From: a virus
Length of the DNA: 64,000 nucleotides
Reading direction: 5' to 3' (one strand)
IMG/VR virus record: IMGVR_UViG_3300033388_005371
Span: 7,025-71,024 of that record
Positions 9,867 through 20,046 of the stretch are shown piece by piece (positions within the stretch are counted from its first letter, which is position 1; every line of letters begins with the position of its first letter). Position numbers and translations under genes: made by a program. The notes beneath the pieces are model-generated. The model was not told the origin of the DNA and did not search any database. It worked only from the letters and a program-made list of their open reading frames with translations.

Positions 9867-10084
9867 TGGGAAAACAACCGTTTGTTGTTGTATACAAAAG
9901 ACCTAGAGGAAGAAAACACCTTTTAAAGGTTCTGTATATGAACTTAGAAGATATAATTGACACGAAGAAAAGGAAACCACCAATTCCTCATGAATATGAA
10001 CTAATTGAGATTGGGTGGGGTGAATCCTTTGTTGAGAAATACAAATTAGAATACAATATTAAAGAAATCGATAAAGATGAGTGA
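9866..10084 (+). CDS. Hypothetical protein
   Basis: 72-aa ORF overlapping both neighbours. Confidence 0.6.
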   Translation: MGKQPFVVVYKRPRGRKHLLKVLYMNLEDIIDTKKRKPPIPHEYELIEIGWGESFVEKYKLEYNIKEIDKDE

Positions 10085-10445
10085 TAGAATTAAACAAGTA
10101 CTAGTCGTACGTAAGGATTTAAAAATGAGGCGTGGTAAGGAGAATGCGCAGTGTTCTCACGCATCACAAGCGTTTATGGTTAAAACATATCTTAATGGTG
10201 GTAAACCCACAAAAGAAGCTATTGAATGGTATCAAACTGAACAAACAAAAATTTGTGTTTCAGTTAATTCTGAGAAAGAATTATTACAGATATTTCAAGA
10301 TGCAAAAAACAAGGGGCTTGAGGCTCACTTAATTACAGATGCTGGGCACACCGAATTTAAGGAACCTACTAAAACCGTTGTGGCTATAGGACCAAACAAA
10401 GAGTCACAAATCAATAAACTTACTGGTGGTTTACCTCTAAGGTAA
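10077..10445 (+). CDS. pth2: Peptidyl-tRNA hydrolase, Pth2 family
   Basis: KQVLVVRKDLKMRRGKENAQCSHA, QTKI, LITDAGHTEF, TVVAIGP, TGGLPL. Confidence 0.92.
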   Translation: MSDRIKQVLVVRKDLKMRRGKENAQCSHASQAFMVKTYLNGGKPTKEAIEWYQTEQTKICVSVNSEKELLQIFQDAKNKGLEAHLITDAGHTEFKEPTKTVVAIGPNKESQINKLTGGLPLR

Positions 10446-10447
10446 GA

Positions 10448-10455
10448 TATTTATA
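10448..10455 (+). promoter_or_regulatory. Putative late promoter motif TATTTAT(A/T)
   Basis: The same motif precedes many structural genes (see findings). Confidence 0.5.
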
Positions 10456-10468
10456 ATTAAAACAATAT

Positions 10469-11284
10469 ATGGCTAGAAAGCAAGAAGTTAAAAAGACTGT
10501 ACATGACACAATAAGTTTAATTCTCCCAACGAGATATAGGTTAAAATGTAAAAATCACGTTCAGAAAGATTTTGCTAATCTTATCACTAATAAAGAAATA
10601 ATTGTGGCTGCGGGACCAGCTGGAGTAGGTAAATCTTATGTGGCAGTGGCTAGAGCGATTGAATTACTACAAAACAAATCAAACAGCTACAATAAAATTC
10701 AAATCGCAACTTCTGGTGAGGGTGTCGGTAAAGACCGTGGATTTATACCAGGTTCTTTACGTGAGAAGATGGAACCAGAAATGGGACCTGTAATTAGTAT
10801 CTTTGATAAAATAATTGGGAAATCAAAAAGAATCCAACTAGAAGAGGCTGATATATTAGTCTTGGGTCCATTAACTTATATGAGAGGGGCTTCTATCGAT
10901 AACACCATCCTGTTGATGGAAGAGGCTCAAAACACTTCCCCATTCGAATTGAAATCATTATTAACTAGAATTGGTGAAAATTCAAAATTCATTATTTCTG
11001 GTGACCTTGACCAATCTGATAGGTTTAAGTATGTAAATCAATCTGGATTATATGATGTACTACACAGACATAGAAATATTGATGAGATTGGGTTTATTCA
11101 ATTTGAAATAAAAGATATCGTTAGGAACCCATTAATTTGTAAAATATTATCTAACTATAAAATTTTGGCCTCAGAAGAACCAAAAAAAACCATTAAAAAC
11201 AAACAGAAAGAATACATTAAAAAAAATAAATCATTTAAGGACTCTAGATTCATATTATGGATTAGGAAAAATTTTAAATGGTAA
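10469..11284 (+). CDS. phoH: PhoH-family ATPase
   Basis: GPAGVGKS Walker A, GFIPGSLREKM, YMRGAS, EEAQN, LLTRIG, GDLDQSD, DIVRNPL. Confidence 0.93.
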   Translation: MARKQEVKKTVHDTISLILPTRYRLKCKNHVQKDFANLITNKEIIVAAGPAGVGKSYVAVARAIELLQNKSNSYNKIQIATSGEGVGKDRGFIPGSLREKMEPEMGPVISIFDKIIGKSKRIQLEEADILVLGPLTYMRGASIDNTILLMEEAQNTSPFELKSLLTRIGENSKFIISGDLDQSDRFKYVNQSGLYDVLHRHRNIDEIGFIQFEIKDIVRNPLICKILSNYKILASEEPKKTIKNKQKEYIKKNKSFKDSRFILWIRKNFKW

Positions 11285-11300
11285 ATATATTAAAAAACAT

Positions 11301-11330
11301 AAAAAACCACTATATAGTGGTTTTTTTTTT
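11301..11330 (+). terminator. Rho-independent terminator
   Basis: aaaaaaccacta-ta-tagtggtttttttt. Confidence 0.75.
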
Positions 11331-11388
11331 ACTTTTAATGTTTACATCCCACCTTTTATTAATATTATTATTCATATAATATAATAAT

Positions 11389-11991
11389 ATGAAAATAGGG
11401 ATAACATTAAATGAGGTGATTAGAGACTTCATCGGTCAGTTTGAATATACTTACGATAAGTATATTGGTAAATCTGAAATTAAAGAAGGGGATGTTACTA
11501 GTTTTGAATTAGAAAAATATTTTCCATTTCCTAGCAAAGATGAGTTAAATAAGTTTTTATATTCTGAAGCATCTTTAGAAATATTTGGTCACGCAGACCA
11601 ATTACATGAAAACATCATGAGTCTATTCAACATATTTCTTATGGACATTGAAGATGAGGAAGAACATGAAATTATTTTAATTAGTAGGGAAGCCATTAAA
11701 AGTATTCCAGCAACTTTATTCTTCTTATCTAAGTTAGGGTGTAGAGCAAAGAACTACAAATGGGTTTCAAAACATGAGGATAAATGGGGTGATGTTGATA
11801 TTTTAATCACAGCCAACCCAGAAGCACTGAAATCTAAACCAGAAGGTAAAATATCAATTAAAGTTAATGCATCATACAACAAGGGTGTTGAGTCTGATTT
11901 TGAGATTAACACAATTATGGATTTTATGGATGAATCAACAAGAGGTAAAATATTAAATAGTAAAATAATAACAAATAAATTAATTAACTAA
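11389..11991 (+). CDS. HAD-fold 5'(3')-deoxyribonucleotidase-like protein with a degenerate motif I
   Basis: MKIGITLNEVIRDF (usually IGIDxDxV), ILISRE, K...DILI, ASYN. Confidence 0.55.
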   Translation: MKIGITLNEVIRDFIGQFEYTYDKYIGKSEIKEGDVTSFELEKYFPFPSKDELNKFLYSEASLEIFGHADQLHENIMSLFNIFLMDIEDEEEHEIILISREAIKSIPATLFFLSKLGCRAKNYKWVSKHEDKWGDVDILITANPEALKSKPEGKISIKVNASYNKGVESDFEINTIMDFMDESTRGKILNSKIITNKLIN

Positions 11992-11992
11992 T

Positions 11993-12355
11993 ATGATTAA
12001 CATTGGTGGAACTATGTACTATATTAACTTTGAAGCTTTAGACGAACTTATTTCTACGGATGATAGTTTAAAAGCTCAAGAAATTAAAGAGACAGAAAAT
12101 AAAGAATCTTATGATGATAAAGGTAATTTAATAAGTAGTGTTTTAACTACTAAAACTTATCTAAAAAGTAAAGAAATTGATGGTGCAAGGTATGATTGTG
12201 TAGGTTTGATGCTACAAATCATAATGAATAGTGATGTTGAACTCGATGGGACATTAGGTTTTGAAAGAGCACTTAAATCACAACCACTTAATTGGCAAAT
12301 CGCATACAATACATTAATACATAACGGTATTTTAATTGCTGAAGAAGAAGAATAG
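11993..12355 (+). CDS. Hypothetical protein
   Basis: 120-aa ORF in the operon. Confidence 0.6.
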   Translation: MINIGGTMYYINFEALDELISTDDSLKAQEIKETENKESYDDKGNLISSVLTTKTYLKSKEIDGARYDCVGLMLQIIMNSDVELDGTLGFERALKSQPLNWQIAYNTLIHNGILIAEEEE

Positions 12356-12393
12356 GATGTATAGTAAAATAAAAAAATTAAAAATTTTTTAAA

Positions 12394-13500
12394 ATGAAAG
12401 ACAAAAAACAAGAAGAAATTAAAAAAATAACAGATGCAATTGAGAGGTTAGATAATAAAAACTTCGGGTTATATTTTTTTACATTAGACACAAAAGGAAA
12501 CCCAACAGCTGGTATCGCTAACATTTATGAACACGTTAAGGTTTTAAACAATCTAGGGTATAAAGCTAATATCTTACATGAAAAAGATGATTACCATGGT
12601 GTTCAAGATTGGTTGGGTGAGGAATATACAAAATTACCGCACGTATCTATTGAATCACAAGGCTTAAGTATAACTGCAACTGACTTTATTATCATACCTG
12701 AGATATTTGCAGGATTGATGGACCAAGTAAAGGGGTTACCTAGTAAGAAAATAGTTTTTTCACAATCATATAATAGCGTATTAGATATGCTACCAATAGG
12801 TAAAAGATGGGCTGATTATGGGTTTTTTGATGTAATCACCACATCAAATAAACAAGCCACCTATTTAGGTCACCTATTCCCCAATTTAAAAACACATGTT
12901 GTTCCAGTATCTATACCAGATTACTTTAAACCAACTAAATTAATGAAAGAACCAACCATAGCAATCTCTTCTAGAGACCAATCAGACGCACTTAAGATTG
13001 TTAAATCATTTTATTTACAATACCCAACGTATAAATGGGTTACATTTAAAGACCTTAGAGGATTACCAAGAAAAACTTTTGCAGAAGAATTGGGTAAGAG
13101 TTGTTTAGGTATTTGGGTTGATGATAATGCGGGTTATGGTACGTTTCCACTTGAAGCTATTGAATGTGATACACCAGTAATAGGTAAAATACCAACACTA
13201 GTACCAGAATGGATGGAAGCTCCATCAGAAAACAACACAAATGAAATCACAATTACCAATAACGGTGTGTGGACAAACAATTTTCTTAATATTCCAGAAT
13301 TAATCGCAACCTACATGAAAGTGTGGTTAGAAGATTCAGTACCAGAGGATTTACTATCTGGTATGAAAACTATTAAGGGTGTGCACTCCGAGGAAAACCA
13401 AGTAGCTAAAATTAAAGAAATATATGGTGGTATCATCACTAATAGAAAAGAAGAGTTCGAAGCTATGTTAAAATTACATGAAGAAAATAAAGAAAAATAA
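12394..13500 (+). CDS. Glycosyltransferase, GT-B fold
   Basis: PTAGIANIYEHVKVL, DFIIIPE, GYGTFPLEAIECDTPVIG. Confidence 0.75.
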   Translation: MKDKKQEEIKKITDAIERLDNKNFGLYFFTLDTKGNPTAGIANIYEHVKVLNNLGYKANILHEKDDYHGVQDWLGEEYTKLPHVSIESQGLSITATDFIIIPEIFAGLMDQVKGLPSKKIVFSQSYNSVLDMLPIGKRWADYGFFDVITTSNKQATYLGHLFPNLKTHVVPVSIPDYFKPTKLMKEPTIAISSRDQSDALKIVKSFYLQYPTYKWVTFKDLRGLPRKTFAEELGKSCLGIWVDDNAGYGTFPLEAIECDTPVIGKIPTLVPEWMEAPSENNTNEITITNNGVWTNNFLNIPELIATYMKVWLEDSVPEDLLSGMKTIKGVHSEENQVAKIKEIYGGIITNRKEEFEAMLKLHEENKEK

Positions 13501-14300
13501 TGGCTAAAAAAACAAATAAAACAGACATCACTGTAATTATTCCTGTTCACGATTTAACAGAGAAAACAGAAAAATTATTTACTAACGCCGTATCTAGTGT
13601 GGCAGACCAATTTGTTAGACCAGATACATTAATGATTGTTGTTGCATCTTCGATTAAGAAGGTAATTGATAATTTTGATTTTGGTGAAGTTGCAGATATT
13701 GTAACTATCGTTGAAAATAAAGGTAATACGGATTTTGCATCACAATTAAACCTAGGTGTATCCAAAACCAAAACAACTTGGTTTAGTTTATTGGAATACG
13801 ATGATGAATTTTCTAAAATATGGATTAAAAACGTTAACCAATACAAAAATGTTTATAATGATGTGGAAATGTTTTTACCAATTATTGTTGATGTAAATGA
13901 AAATGGTGAATTTTTAGGTTTAACTAATGAAGCTGTTTGGGCTGCTGAATTTTCTGATGAAATGGGTATACTTGACAATACAGCATTATTAGCTTACCAG
14001 AATTTTAACTTTGACGGTATGGTAATGAAAAAAGAAACATATGAAGATATGGGCGGTATGAAACCATCAATGAAATTAACATTTATTTATGAATTTTTAC
14101 TAAGAGTGACACACTTTTCAAGTAGAGTAATGATTATACCAAGGTTTGGGTATAAACACGTAAATCAAAGGGTAGGTGGGTTGTTCCAAACATATAAAAA
14201 TGAATTATCAGCTGATGAGGCTAGATGGTGGATGGCAACAGCTAAAAAGGAATCTTTTCACCACGAAGATAGAAACATAACGTACGATAAGGGTGAGTAA
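13500..14300 (+). CDS. GT2-family glycosyltransferase
   Basis: DITVIIPVH, AVSSVADQ, QLNLGV, WFSLLEYDD, EFLLR. Confidence 0.8.
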   Translation: MAKKTNKTDITVIIPVHDLTEKTEKLFTNAVSSVADQFVRPDTLMIVVASSIKKVIDNFDFGEVADIVTIVENKGNTDFASQLNLGVSKTKTTWFSLLEYDDEFSKIWIKNVNQYKNVYNDVEMFLPIIVDVNENGEFLGLTNEAVWAAEFSDEMGILDNTALLAYQNFNFDGMVMKKETYEDMGGMKPSMKLTFIYEFLLRVTHFSSRVMIIPRFGYKHVNQRVGGLFQTYKNELSADEARWWMATAKKESFHHEDRNITYDKGE

Positions 14301-15041
14301 ATGGCTGAAAAAAGAGGACGTAAAAGAAAAAACGATTTGTATTTTGGTCCAAATGAAGAGAAAGCTGTTATCGAATTTTTAACATGTGAAGACCCTATTG
14401 AAAGAAATATGATTTACAATAAGTGGTTGAGGTTACCACTTGATAAAATGATTGAAAGTATCATTAGGAGGTATAAACTTTATAGGAAAACATATTCCTT
14501 TGAAGACCTCCACAGTGATACTTTATCATTTTTAATCACAAAAGTAGAGAAATTTGACCACACTAAAGGAGCTAAGGCTTATTCTTATTTTGGAACGATT
14601 TGCAAGAACTATATCTTAATGTTATTAATTAAAGATGATAAGGGGGTTAGACAAAACGCTTCATTTGAAGATGCATTTAACACCATTCAGGATAGAGAAG
14701 ATTTAACATACCACTTAAGTGACACTGATTATGAACTATCTGACTTCATTAAAACACTGTCAGACGAAATTAAAGAAGAACTGGAAGTGGAATATGAATC
14801 TAAAAAAAAGATAACAGAAAACGAGCGTAGGGTAGGTGAAGCACTAATTGATATTTTAGATAACTGGGAGTTTATATTTGAAAATATGGAAGGTGGTTCT
14901 AAATATAATAAAAATACGGTGTTAGCTACTATTAGAGATTATACTAGTTTAACCACTAAAGACATACGTGTCGCTATGCGTAGATTTAAAAAACTATATG
15001 CTTTCATTAAGGAAGATAAGATAGATGAAGGTTATTTGTAA
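14301..15041 (+). CDS. Phage sigma-like transcription factor (T4 gp55-like)
   Basis: LYF...IIRRY...EDL...KFD..KG.KAYSYFGTICKN resembles sigma region 2 and gp55; lies just before structural genes. Confidence 0.55.
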   Translation: MAEKRGRKRKNDLYFGPNEEKAVIEFLTCEDPIERNMIYNKWLRLPLDKMIESIIRRYKLYRKTYSFEDLHSDTLSFLITKVEKFDHTKGAKAYSYFGTICKNYILMLLIKDDKGVRQNASFEDAFNTIQDREDLTYHLSDTDYELSDFIKTLSDEIKEELEVEYESKKKITENERRVGEALIDILDNWEFIFENMEGGSKYNKNTVLATIRDYTSLTTKDIRVAMRRFKKLYAFIKEDKIDEGYL

Positions 15042-15101
15042 AAAACTAAATTAGTAAATATTTATTACTAGGGAATAACATAAAATAAAAACTATAATAA
15101 T

Positions 15102-15491
15102 TTGCCTAGAAAGAAAAAACAACAAATTAAAGTTAACAACTCAACAAGTCTTGAAGGTTTGATGCAAGAAGTTTATAATGATGCTTGTACTCAAATAAAT
15201 GACGCTCAGAGAACTATTAACGAACTAATTAATTCAACTACTGCTGAAGATGTTGATGATGCCACTAAAATTTCCAAAGCTAAAACCGATGCTCAAAAAA
15301 TTAAAGAATCTGGTGTTAAGATTAAATTAGAGGTAGCTAAATTACAAGCTGACATCATAAAACATAATGGTAGTTTAGAAGATGTTAATCAAGCTAGAAC
15401 CAGTAACGGTGCACCATCATTAGACGATTTTAAAAAATTAAGGTCTTGGGTTAAGAATGGTGGTGACGATAATAACGGTAGTGAAACTTAA
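15102..15491 (+). CDS. Hypothetical helical protein (TTG start)
   Basis: 129-aa ORF preceded by TATTTATT at 15059-15066. Confidence 0.55.
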   Translation: MPRKKKQQIKVNNSTSLEGLMQEVYNDACTQINDAQRTINELINSTTAEDVDDATKISKAKTDAQKIKESGVKIKLEVAKLQADIIKHNGSLEDVNQARTSNGAPSLDDFKKLRSWVKNGGDDNNGSET

Positions 15492-15502
15492 ATATTAGTT
15501 AG

Positions 15503-16945
15503 ATGTCTATAGTTGATAAAAAAAAAGAAATATTTGGTCAAATTTCAGCATTAAGAACATCTTGTGAAGGATTTCCAAAATTCGAATTGAATAATTCAAT
15601 GTGTTCAATTGACAACTCAACAAACCCATTAGATTTATTAATTGATTTACTTAAAGTAACAATAGGGTTTGAAAAACTAAGTTCTATATTAACTAATACA
15701 CTCACCTACGATTTAGGTAAGATTGAAATTGAAATTAAAAAAGCACTTAAGAAAGAACTTAAAAGTTTAGTTAGTTGTGGTGTAAACCCATCAATACCAA
15801 ATTTTTTTTTACACCAGAATTTTAATGCATTATCAACTGGTATTAATCTAGATTTAAGAAAAATAGATTATATGGGTGTAATGTTAGTAGACCCCAACAC
15901 TAATGCTGGTTTATTAACATATGAAGACACTAACGGTGGTTTAAATAGTACTGATTTTCACACATATTTATTTGAAACAATCCAACTAGATGGTACACAG
16001 ACTGATTGGGGGAGTAGCACAATTGGTAATGACATATTGTCTATTAAATTTAACTCCACAGGACCAACAAATAATATAATAAATATTAAAGCCAGTGAAT
16101 TTTATAGTAACCCAACTAACAACAAAAAATTGACTGATTTAAATAATGACTTTATAGATAGCGTTAGTTTATTTGGGTCTGGAATTATGATTAACTCACT
16201 AGTTGATAGTTTATTTGGGTCGATTAGTTTTGAATTAAATAAAACAACTGAACAAATAAAAAAAGAGGTCGAAATAGAACATATTATAGAATGTTTTTTA
16301 AATACTGATGATACAACTATTGTTGATGACTCCTTTTTTGAGTTTTCAAATGAAGCTATTAGGATTCAAGAAGAGGAAGCAAACAATAGACAAAAAGGTA
16401 TTAAAGTTTTATCAAATTGTGGTAACGTAGCTAGTTCAGTGCCAACAAGTACTTTAAGTGCGTTAACTATGAGTATCATGTCTGCAACAACAGTTGGTAG
16501 TACTGCTGATATAATTACTAAAGGTATAGATAATATCGCTAACGAAGCTTCTGAAGAAGTTGATGATAAAAATAAAATAACTGCAAAATTAAACTTCATA
16601 GATGGTGCAATTAGAAAATTAATGATTAAAATGGGTAACGTAATACTATCACCTAAAGTTATATCAATATTTGCTGTTAATCACGCTATAGTTTATGGAA
16701 CTGATTTAGACAACCCAGTAAACTGGATGAAATTAAATAAAACATTAATGAATTCTATCGTAACAGCAATTAGAGAGACATTTATCAAAATACTTTTAGA
16801 AGAAGCTATTAAAAACATAAAAAATATAGTTAAATGCGCCTCTCAACAAGTTGTGACTGAATATGCTAAAACACAATCAGCACAATTAGCTAGTCTTGTT
16901 GGTATACCACAAGATGTTTTACGTATGATTCAGGGGTTAGGTTAA
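15503..16945 (+). CDS. Putative virion structural protein
   Basis: 480-aa ORF in the operon with the gp5-like gene; function inferred from context. Confidence 0.5.
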   Translation: MSIVDKKKEIFGQISALRTSCEGFPKFELNNSMCSIDNSTNPLDLLIDLLKVTIGFEKLSSILTNTLTYDLGKIEIEIKKALKKELKSLVSCGVNPSIPNFFLHQNFNALSTGINLDLRKIDYMGVMLVDPNTNAGLLTYEDTNGGLNSTDFHTYLFETIQLDGTQTDWGSSTIGNDILSIKFNSTGPTNNIINIKASEFYSNPTNNKKLTDLNNDFIDSVSLFGSGIMINSLVDSLFGSISFELNKTTEQIKKEVEIEHIIECFLNTDDTTIVDDSFFEFSNEAIRIQEEEANNRQKGIKVLSNCGNVASSVPTSTLSALTMSIMSATTVGSTADIITKGIDNIANEASEEVDDKNKITAKLNFIDGAIRKLMIKMGNVILSPKVISIFAVNHAIVYGTDLDNPVNWMKLNKTLMNSIVTAIRETFIKILLEEAIKNIKNIVKCASQQVVTEYAKTQSAQLASLVGIPQDVLRMIQGLG

Positions 16946-16958
16946 AAAAATATAAATT

Positions 16959-17426
16959 ATGGCATGTGAAGACGGAGGTGTTGGATGTAGAGGCACCAAA
17001 AAAGGACAAAGTAGGGGTGGACTTAATTTAAGTTCAATAACTAATGTATTAAAAATATTAGGTGCCGCATTTAAGTTGCAGAGTACACCAGCAACACCAT
17101 TACCACCACCATTATTAATGGTTGGGGCCAAACTAAGGCCTGGGTTATCCGCTCGTAATATAGCATCTAGAATCATATCTAGACAATCAGAAGCTGGGGC
17201 CCCAACAGGGGATATTTTTTCTGAAGGCAATAATATTTCTGAATCACTAGAAACCATTAGAGTCCAAGAAATAACTAATGCAATACTTACTGAAGCAAAA
17301 GTTGAAATAACTGTTGCACCTGGTTCAATACAAACAACTTCACTTGGTATTGGTAACTTTGGTGCACCTGTAACATCCACAGGTATGAATACTAACATTG
17401 TAAGTGGGGATGGAATATTAAGGTAA
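16959..17426 (+). CDS. Putative baseplate/spike-associated protein
   Basis: 155 aa, Gly/Thr-rich C-terminus, upstream of the gp5-like gene. Confidence 0.4.
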   Translation: MACEDGGVGCRGTKKGQSRGGLNLSSITNVLKILGAAFKLQSTPATPLPPPLLMVGAKLRPGLSARNIASRIISRQSEAGAPTGDIFSEGNNISESLETIRVQEITNAILTEAKVEITVAPGSIQTTSLGIGNFGAPVTSTGMNTNIVSGDGILR

Positions 17427-17427
17427 T

Positions 17428-17613
17428 ATGAAAAATTATAAAGACATGGGCAATAACCAAATTATGGTAGAAATCGTATCATTACAAGCTGAACATGAAG
17501 CTATTAAGGTTAGAATCCTACAAGAAATGGATAATTTAGAGTTAATTGAAAAAAAATTTAATGAAGCTAATAAAACATTAGTGGCTAGGATTAAAGGGCA
17601 AAGAGATGAGTAA
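17428..17613 (+). CDS. Small coiled-coil protein
   Basis: 61-aa ORF tightly packed in the operon. Confidence 0.55.
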   Translation: MKNYKDMGNNQIMVEIVSLQAEHEAIKVRILQEMDNLELIEKKFNEANKTLVARIKGQRDE

Positions 17614-18535
17614 CAAATATAATTTTAAAGGAAATAGTATATACGATAAAAATGGGGAAAATATTAAAGTATTTCACTTCGCAATCGTTGAATCAACCAA
17701 CGACCCATTTGAAGGTGGTAGGATTAAAGCTAGAATTAAAGGTGTTGATGATTCAAAAACAACTGGTAACTTACCATTTTCATTCCCTATGCTTCAAAAA
17801 TTCTTTCATGTTGTACCCAGAATTGGTGAGACAGTCATGGTATTTACGCCAGACCCTAAAAACACTAATGTTGATAGGGTTTATGTGGGACCAATAATTT
17901 CACAACCTCAAAGACTATATAATGACCCAGAATTATATACATCCAGGTCATTACTAGATAGTGGATACAAAGACCCATCACCATCACCATCAAGTATTCC
18001 AGAAAATAAAGGTGTTTACCCAAACAAAAAAGAAGTGGCATTTCAAGGTAGGAAAAACACTGATATAATTTTTAAAGATAACGAAGTTAGAATTAGAGCG
18101 GGTAAATTTATTACGACTAACAATGGGGAGATACCAAAATTTAATAAAATAAATCCAGCATACATCCAACTTAAACACGAAGCTGTTATAAAAAAAGAGA
18201 ATGGTAAAAGTGATGAGTTAGGTAGTGTCACGAACATTGTTGCCTCTAAAATTAATTTATTAACACACAAAGATGGTGCACCTAGATTTACATTGGATGA
18301 CCAAGATGATTTAATTAAAGAAGGTGAATTATTAAAAATATTAGAAGATTCACATCAATTAGTATTCGGCGATAAATTAGTCCAGTATCTTAAATTACAA
18401 AGGGCAGCCTTTAGCAACCACGTACATAGGTACCATGGTAAAAAAGCGGAAGACCTTTCTGGGTCAGACGATATCGATAATTATCTTGACTATGACCTAG
18501 ATTCTATGTTATCTAAAAACGTGCGTACAAATTAA
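17606..18535 (+). CDS. Baseplate hub/spike protein with a gp5/VgrG-type OB fold
   Basis: AIVESTNDPFEGGRIKARI...LPFSFP...VVPRIGETVMVF; C-terminal HVH metal-binding motif. Confidence 0.7.
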   Translation: MSNKYNFKGNSIYDKNGENIKVFHFAIVESTNDPFEGGRIKARIKGVDDSKTTGNLPFSFPMLQKFFHVVPRIGETVMVFTPDPKNTNVDRVYVGPIISQPQRLYNDPELYTSRSLLDSGYKDPSPSPSSIPENKGVYPNKKEVAFQGRKNTDIIFKDNEVRIRAGKFITTNNGEIPKFNKINPAYIQLKHEAVIKKENGKSDELGSVTNIVASKINLLTHKDGAPRFTLDDQDDLIKEGELLKILEDSHQLVFGDKLVQYLKLQRAAFSNHVHRYHGKKAEDLSGSDDIDNYLDYDLDSMLSKNVRTN

Positions 18536-18566
18536 ATTTTGTTGATATTTATTATAAAAGAATATC

Positions 18567-19973
18567 ATGGTAATACGTACATTTTTCGATAGAAATAATA
18601 CAATCATTTATAATGATTTAACAAACACAGGTAGAAACCCAGTAACCGAACTATTTTATGGTGGTGCTGTTGGAGACGAAACATATAGTAGGTTTTTATT
18701 TCACTTTGATGAATCTAGACTAAAAGAAATTCATGAGTGCGGTGGGTTTGGTGACTTAACTAAAGTAAAACACACACTAAGGATGACTAACACTGGTGCT
18801 TTCGACACTGACCTATTAGGTAAAACAACTTGTGGTGGTAAAGCTAGGTCTTGTTCATTTGATTTAAACGTATTTAAAATAAATCAAGAATGGGACGAAG
18901 GTAATGGTTACGATTATGGCTCATGTGGTTTTTTAAGTACTGGTAATGGTTCGGTAGTGTCAAGCTGCCCATCTAACTGGATGGAGGCTGAAACACAAAC
19001 ACCATGGTTTAATGGTAATGGAACATATACCGCAACAACTAGTGGGGACACTGTAGGTACACAACACTTTGAACAAGGGAACGAAAATATTAAAATTGAT
19101 ATAACCGATTATGTTAATAATATTTTAACTGGTGATACAAATTATGGGTTAGGGTTAGCATACTCACCACTACTAGAAGCCACCCCAACTAATGAATTAC
19201 AGTACGTTGGGTTCTTTACTAGACACACACAAACATTCTACGAACCATTCTTAGAAACAATTTATGATAACCCGATTAAAGACGATAGGGCAAATTTTTA
19301 TTTAGATAAAGTTAATAAAATTTATTTATATTCAAATGTAGGTGGTACACCAACTACACTGGATAATTTACCAACATTAACAATTACAGACCAATCAGGT
19401 GAAGTTATGACTGGATTTACAGTAACACAAGTTAGTTGTGGGGTATACTGTGCTGAAGTTATGATACCATCTTCTGGTTATAGTGATTGTATAACATTTG
19501 AAGATACTTGGGGTGACATTAATATTAATGGTGTTTCTTTACCAGACGTTGAATTAGAGTTTTTTGCAAAAGATGCCTCAGATTATTACAATATTGGTGA
19601 TAGTAGTGAATTACCTAAAAAATATGGTTTCACTGTCACAGGTATTAATAGCGATGAAAGGATTAAACGTGGTGACATTAGAAGGGTAAATGTGTCCGCT
19701 AGAATACCATACACCGTTAATCAGACCCAAGTTATAGATGATTTACAATACAGACTGTATGTTAAGGAAGGTAATGCAGACTATAATGTAATTGATTTCC
19801 AAGATATAAATAGAGCTTTTAATGGTAACTATTTTCTATTAGATACAGCTGGGTTAATACCAAACACTTACTACTTAGATATTAAAGTAACATCTAATTA
19901 TGAAGTCAGAACAATACCAAACGTACTTAAATTTGAAATAGTTAACCAAGCTGAATTAAGAGACTCACAATAA
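18567..19973 (+). CDS. Putative virion structural protein, beta-rich
   Basis: SRFLFHFD...QEWDEGNG...IDITDYV...YGLGL; late motif at 18546. Confidence 0.55.
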   Translation: MVIRTFFDRNNTIIYNDLTNTGRNPVTELFYGGAVGDETYSRFLFHFDESRLKEIHECGGFGDLTKVKHTLRMTNTGAFDTDLLGKTTCGGKARSCSFDLNVFKINQEWDEGNGYDYGSCGFLSTGNGSVVSSCPSNWMEAETQTPWFNGNGTYTATTSGDTVGTQHFEQGNENIKIDITDYVNNILTGDTNYGLGLAYSPLLEATPTNELQYVGFFTRHTQTFYEPFLETIYDNPIKDDRANFYLDKVNKIYLYSNVGGTPTTLDNLPTLTITDQSGEVMTGFTVTQVSCGVYCAEVMIPSSGYSDCITFEDTWGDININGVSLPDVELEFFAKDASDYYNIGDSSELPKKYGFTVTGINSDERIKRGDIRRVNVSARIPYTVNQTQVIDDLQYRLYVKEGNADYNVIDFQDINRAFNGNYFLLDTAGLIPNTYYLDIKVTSNYEVRTIPNVLKFEIVNQAELRDSQ

Positions 19974-20046
19974 CTGAAATAACTTAATTACGATATTAAA
20001 ATGAGGGTTTATACGAATTCTCATTTTTTTTGCATAAGTTTGCCAC

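Noticed and set aside
15102-15491. Terminase small subunit call
   Set aside because: Size and helical content fit, but there is no diagnostic motif and it is far from the large subunit
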